Shown in pieces: positions 60,201 to 64,000 of a stretch of DNA of 64,000 bases. Position numbers and translations under genes: made by a program. Source of the stretch: Diplonema japonicum (Eukaryota; Protista; Euglenozoa: Diplonemea); assembly GCA_964019335.1 (NCBI GenBank), contig OZ025711.1, positions 310,001-374,000 on the forward strand, written 5' to 3'. The notes beneath the pieces are model-generated. The model ran no database searches and was not told the DNA's origin. It saw nothing but the letters and a program-made list of their open reading frames with translations. How positions within the stretch are numbered: position 1 is the first letter of the stretch; each line of letters begins with the position of its first letter.

Positions 60201-61405
60201 ACTTGAACAAGCTGCATCCTGCGGTACTTTGAGCGGCTCACCGCGACCTCTTCTCGTGTCATCAGGGTGTCGTTTCGCTGTCGCTCCCTTACAAGCAGCT
60301 CCTCGCATCTGTAGAGGAGGCCCCGGGTGGTGTCGACCTCGTGCTGCGCGGTGCGGAGAGCGTTGACCAGCAGTGCCACGTTGTCGATGTCGAACCTCCC
60401 GTTCATGATGCATTCCAGGATCTTGGCTTTGACAACCCATGTGGGTGATGTGTATGAAATGCCCTCCTTCCCGGTGCCGGTGCTCGTCGGTTCGATGAGG
60501 TAGCTGGTCACGTTCTTCGTGTCGTCGTCCCTTGTCTTCATCGGTTTGCTTGGCAGACCTTTCTTGCCCTTCATCGACTTCGACGCAGTCTTGATGGCCT
60601 CCGGCGACGAGCACTCCTCTTGAATGGTGATCCGAACGTGCTCCTGGACAGCGTTGAAGAGGGCAGCAAGCTCTTCTTTATATACAACAGACCGGTCTTC
60701 ATGTGTACATGGTGGACAAGCCGATGGGATGTAACTATGATGCTGGACGTCTGTGTTTTCAGAGACGAGGGTAGTGCTGAGGCCGTCGGCAACAGTGAAG
60801 GTATCTTGATGCTCCATGTGGCTTAGGTCTGACGCTGCCATCGATGCGCGGCTTATTTGCTGTCCAAAGCGGCTAAGGTCGGGTTTCCCATTTGTGCCTC
60901 GTGGGGAAAGACGTGACATTCCTTTCACAGAGGTCTCGGGGCTTGGGGACTCGCTTGCTGTGCTGACGCCGTCCACATCCTCTGTGTGTTGGGAACAGGA
61001 ATGGTTCTCTATTGCTTCAGATATCCTGGAGATGTTCGAGGAGAAGTTGGTGCTTCGCAAGAAGGATGAATTTGCTGTTTCGTCGTTCAGGGTGATGGGG
61101 AAGTAAGGGCCGTCTGCACGTGCAGCTTGTTCTTCCATCCTTTTCTCTTCCTCAGCCTTTTGCATTTCCTCTACTTGTTCCAACTGGTACAGAGCCTTGA
61201 AATATGCTGGGGTGTGCTTCGAGGTGTCCCACTCGCATACAGCGCTGTCGGGTGGCTCGTGAGAGATTAAGTTGGTTCTGCAACTTGTTTCCCTTCCCTC
61301 TGGCACCCCTTTTTTATCTGTAACCTTCGGAAGTTTAAACACCACAGGTTTGCTCCCTGCTTTACCGTCATCTCTCCCGCCAAGCCGGCCAACCAGAGAC
61401 GGCAT
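57203..61405 (-). CDS. Hypothetical ~1400-aa coiled-coil/low-complexity protein
   Basis: 4.2-kb uninterrupted ORF free of homopolymer tracts, from ATG 61405 (MPSLVGRLG). Confidence 0.8.
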   Translation of the reverse strand: MPSLVGRLGGRDDGKAGSKPVVFKLPKVTDKKGVPEGRETSCRTNLISHEPPDSAVCEWDTSKHTPAYFKALYQLEQVEEMQKAEEEKRMEEQAARADGPYFPITLNDETANSSFLRSTNFSSNISRISEAIENHSCSQHTEDVDGVSTASESPSPETSVKGMSRLSPRGTNGKPDLSRFGQQISRASMAASDLSHMEHQDTFTVADGLSTTLVSENTDVQHHSYIPSACPPCTHEDRSVVYKEELAALFNAVQEHVRITIQEECSSPEAIKTASKSMKGKKGLPSKPMKTRDDDTKNVTSYLIEPTSTGTGKEGISYTSPTWVVKAKILECIMNGRFDIDNVALLVNALRTAQHEVDTTRGLLYRCEELLVRERQRNDTLMTREEVAVSRSKYRRMQLVQVATHIHQAVTEGGTLNLPPSQDTPEVWKELQEIMECVRSGGARADITKIDIHQRLIQDLTWRTKFAYKQRVTQRKIEEAEKLAMEGADLLSVAAQEFTVGGDLKVDIMQMLHKLNSTEDDSFDTQNGSSFSPKESFHSHTVVPLETVFTQTHALPDDPRIKVLGVEITELKQNLTAEKKTTMQLRQEKRAALTDAEMLKSALGQKEHEMQALKLKEPRSSKAPPPICVGENLAIISELQEELISTKVALDQRETEIARLKEDHLHAIHTLETSNQIVEAELKQNEEAAKKLVVCNKAVQCENLESTSPRKASSTSPKGTSPTSPKRRSSRTPYLSTDSPRSRRGSVLTMVEVGTEMNIAFADETTMCTPREYSDKECSTTREEKRQTVLGDILNCRTPLELTDELQPVYRQASMGSVSMNSVEVAVSTIDKMAKPDDVAACPIEANTVAPEPRAEDSTKDSRCDADPAPRVPTPVEASPPLAPQSGMLDVKQNAKIQKFNIVHLSEVEATTRQTLVDCAVDTLALLHTCHATVPKQVQVAAPLTPTVGTTSTTSTKLISSEVSTCIAKAANVSADVVPVAVRTEQPEQSGPVLLKKMSDRFDPKKRLLEQQPISIDVGIDVGSLQSKHHPDPPRPVQGVKRQPPSKLPPLSPEGGLQGVKPFAVPKGQATIRGASPRGKSPRRMSPRADGRRKEQKKEGYDGIKTSKDNEATTECAAAVNTQTSDTATKQPEADAKQPEVVPVPNKSQQVQKPIRVRDVAKSRESIPEPPPPPPPAAEVPYLDMEIEDIVEMVKASQQMMEYIIAKEQREMGDKKGKTKYLLALEAKLRKSKERVRKLVKESPFDVHFQVTTVLGTLQKEIAGWEAKPKGTVQRGAAKFGKFGDPSGVEKTTSGYTPVIGKHHHQGDARKDILLCETQLGVTLPDDPLLNIYAMGKGGSLRDANQASESPSPRYTSSRPFSDPPLPKIQGPNPNAHPGVVRTATKKVIPARVPNFELGR

Positions 61406-62018
61406 TATACATATCGGGAAGGGGGGGGGGTACCTCTTTTTCTTTTTTTGATGAGGAAAAAAAAAAAAATAACAATAAAATAAAAGAACAGAGGAGGGTT
61501 GAGAGTGGGGGAAGGGGGAAAAAAAAAAAAAAAAAAAAAGGGTAGTGAACATAGAGAAAGGAGGGGTGGTGGGGGGAGATATGAAAGAAAAAGAAAGATA
61601 TTGCATAGAATCAGGCAGCTGGATAGCCAGGGCTGGCTATTTTTTTTTTCTCTTCTTCCCCCCCTTTTTTTTCTTCTTAAACTAAACCCTGATACTTGAT
61701 TCTCCTTCATGGTATAGATATTCCATAGAACTCCCCTCTCCCCCCCCTCCTTTCTTTCTTGCCGCGCTATTCGGGAAATAATGAGATGCTGTGATCAGAA
61801 AATACATTTGTTCAAGTTGTCCGTATCCCCTCCCCCCTTTTTTTTTCGTCCTCATTTGTTTAAGGAAATTAATTTCCGAGTGAGCATATTTCCTAACACG
61901 ATGAGTAAGAAGGAAAAAAAGTAACAAAAAAAGAGGGGGGGGGGAAATGATTTGCTCCTTTCTTCAGTTTCTGCACCACATCCAGTCCAGTCTATTGTAC
62001 TCCTTGCTTTTTTTAGGG

Positions 62019-62050
<32 letters not shown>

Positions 62051-62249
62051 AACTATCAACACACAATAGTGGGGTAGGGGGGGGACTTTTTCTTTCTTGT
62101 TTCGCTCCGAAGGGGGAAGTACTTCAGTTTTTGGTTTCTAAAATTACTTTTTCCCAATAAAAAAAAAAAAGAAAAGAAATATGCATGTGGAATCTAAAGA
62201 GAGAGAGAGAAAAAAAAAAAAAAAAAAAAAAAAAACTCTACGAGAAGGA

Positions 62250-62587
62250 GAAAAATAGCTATTTATTGCCAACAAATTATGAGTCATTATTTAACTCGAG
62301 TTCCCGAATCTTTTGCCCGGCAAAATACGGTAAGGAGTGTTAAATAATGGCTCATTTGGCGGCAAGTAAGTCGTTTTATTTCACTCTTCGTCATTTGAGT
62401 CACTCTTAACTGCTTTCACTGGAGATTTCTCTAAGATAATACGGGGTAGCTATTTCGCCGTGGCATTTTAAGGGGAAGTAAAGCAGTTTACTCCCCAAAA
62501 AAAATCTTTTCAGAGACCCATTTTTTCACTCTGAAGCGTTAAATAATGAGCCCTCCTAGTGAGTGAAGAAAATGACGAAGAGTGAAA
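62250..62587 (-). repeat. Dispersed ~350-bp repeat, copy 2 (inverted relative to copy 1)
   Basis: Reverse complement of 46258-46614; perfect 18-bp internal IR TTTCACTCTTCGTCATTT (62379-62396) and AAATGACGAAGAGTGAAA (62570-62587). Confidence 0.85.
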
Positions 62588-62849
62588 TGGAAAAAAAAAA
62601 AAAAAAAAAGAAGAAGAAAAAAAGTTAGCAGGACATACATTGGAAGGTGTTTCCTACCCTGTAATCTAAGCCAAGAATCTAACTACTTTCTTAGGGGTAT
62701 ATTCTTGAGCAGGCCTGAAAATGCGACCGACTTAAAAATAATAATAAAAAAAAAAAAAAATACATACTTTTTCATTTTTTCCTTTTTTATTTCTCTCCCC
62801 CCCCCCCCCCATCCCATTTCTTTTTTTAAAAAAACCACCTCCCCCCTCT

Positions 62850-63956
62850 TCAAGGTCGTCCTCTTTGAACCGTACCGTCAGCAAAGATACTGTTTTTTTT
62901 TTTTTTTTAGACTTCCCCTTCAACACACCTCTCCTCCTCCCCATCAGGGTAGATATATTTCAATGTCCCGTCAGGAAATGCGATCTCTTTCATGCCATCC
63001 GGGAAGTGCCTTTCAACTTGCTGCAAAAAAAAAAAAAAAAAAAAAAAAAAAATTAGAGAATACAGTAAACAACGGTACCTGGCTGGACTCGAACTCAAAC
63101 ACCTGCACCCCATCAGGGTAAGTGGTGTGACGCGTTTTGGCTTGGGAATAGTAATAGACCACCTTCCCTCGGGGGTAGGTCTGTGTTTTTTTCCCCCCCC
63201 TCTTTTTTTCCCCCCTTCTTATACCTTCCTGATATCGCCGTTGTTGAACTTCAAGACCTGGTGCCCTGTAGGGAGGATCACCTTTCGTGTTCCGTTTGTG
63301 TAGATAACTTCCTTCTTTTTGCTTTTGTACATCTTCTCGAACTTACCATCCCCGTATTTCCTCTCATCAACAACTATGTCCCCTGGGACATCGTCTGCTG
63401 GCTCTGCCTCATCGTCCTCTTGCGAGTGTATGATTCTCCTTGCGAAGCGCCTTTCGTCGTTTCGCTTCTCGCGTTTCTCATCTTCTGCCGCCCTCTCTCT
63501 TTCTCTTTCTCTTTCCTTTTCCCTGTCTAGTTCTTTTTCCCTTTGTTCTCTTTCCTTCTCCAGATCTTTTTCCCTTTGTTCCCTTAGTATCCTTTGCTCT
63601 TGTTCCCTTTCCCTCTGTTCTCTCAGCTCTCTTTGCTCCCTTTGTTCTCTCAGCTCTCTCTGTTCCCTCAGCTCTCTTTGTTCTCTTAGCTCTCTTTGTT
63701 CTTGTTCTCTCTCCCTTTGTTCCAGCTCGCGTTGCTCTCTTAGTTCCCGCTCTTTCTGTTCCCTTTCTCTCTCCCTCTCTCTTTCCCTTTCCTTCTCGCG
63801 GTCCCTTTCCAGTTCCCGTTCCCGCTCCCGCTCCCGCTCCCGCTCCCTTTCCCTTTCCTCTCTTTCGCGTTCCCTTTCCTCCCTCTCCCTCTCACGCTCC
63901 CTCTCTCTTTGTTCTCTTTCTCTTTCTTGCTTGTCTAGCTCGTCGTAGTAGTCATC
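62850..63956 (-). CDS. CENPJ: CENP-J/SAS-4/TCP10-like centriolar protein, 3' part (Tcp10_C domain); the gene continues beyond the window
   Basis: [32 protein letters not shown]...[19 protein letters not shown]...[15 protein letters not shown] assembled through introns 63181-63224, 63021-63078 and 62890-62928; preceded by an ER/EQR-rich region. Confidence 0.9.
63495..63930 (-). repeat. Coding E/R/Q low-complexity repeat (single-alpha-helix-like)
   Basis: GAGCGG, GAGAGGGAA and GAACAAAGAGAG-type microrepeats in frame with CENPJ. Confidence 0.85.
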
Positions 63957-64000
63957 CTGTAGTGTTGTGGGGAGAAAACCTTTAAAAAAAAAAAAAATAG

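Overview
Eukaryotic genomic window, most likely from a euglenozoan protist. A diplonemid-like organism is my inference from the GP63-like gene, the single-strand gene array, the short GT-AG introns and the AG acceptor-like sites just before start codons. All 14 host protein genes I could model lie on the minus strand: a modular secreted protein, an FAD-dependent DAO-family oxidoreductase, a small hypothetical protein, a ~3150-aa GP63-like pseudoprotease, a TRF4/PAPD5-type nucleotidyltransferase, a soluble cyclase with six tandem class III domains, a penta-EF-hand protein, a PH/TH1-like protein, SAM-EDRF1, a PHO80-type cyclin, two coiled-coil proteins, a hormone-sensitive lipase and a PPR protein. 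The 3' part of a fifteenth gene, CENPJ/SAS-4, is also on the minus strand. I modelled 23 complete spliceosomal introns by frame reconstruction; most are 32-102 nt and many have poly(A) or purine tracts instead of polypyrimidine tracts. There are three tRNAs, one of them antisense inside an EDRF1 intron. The gene-poor zone at 36.4-50.7 kb holds a 5'-truncated LINE, a TTAA-bounded decayed piggyBac and several MITE-like inverted-repeat elements. A tyrosine-recombinase relic lies at 31.1 kb. Non-coding DNA is dominated by homopolymer tracts, which inflate the supplied ORF track. All calls are by eye; no database searches were run.
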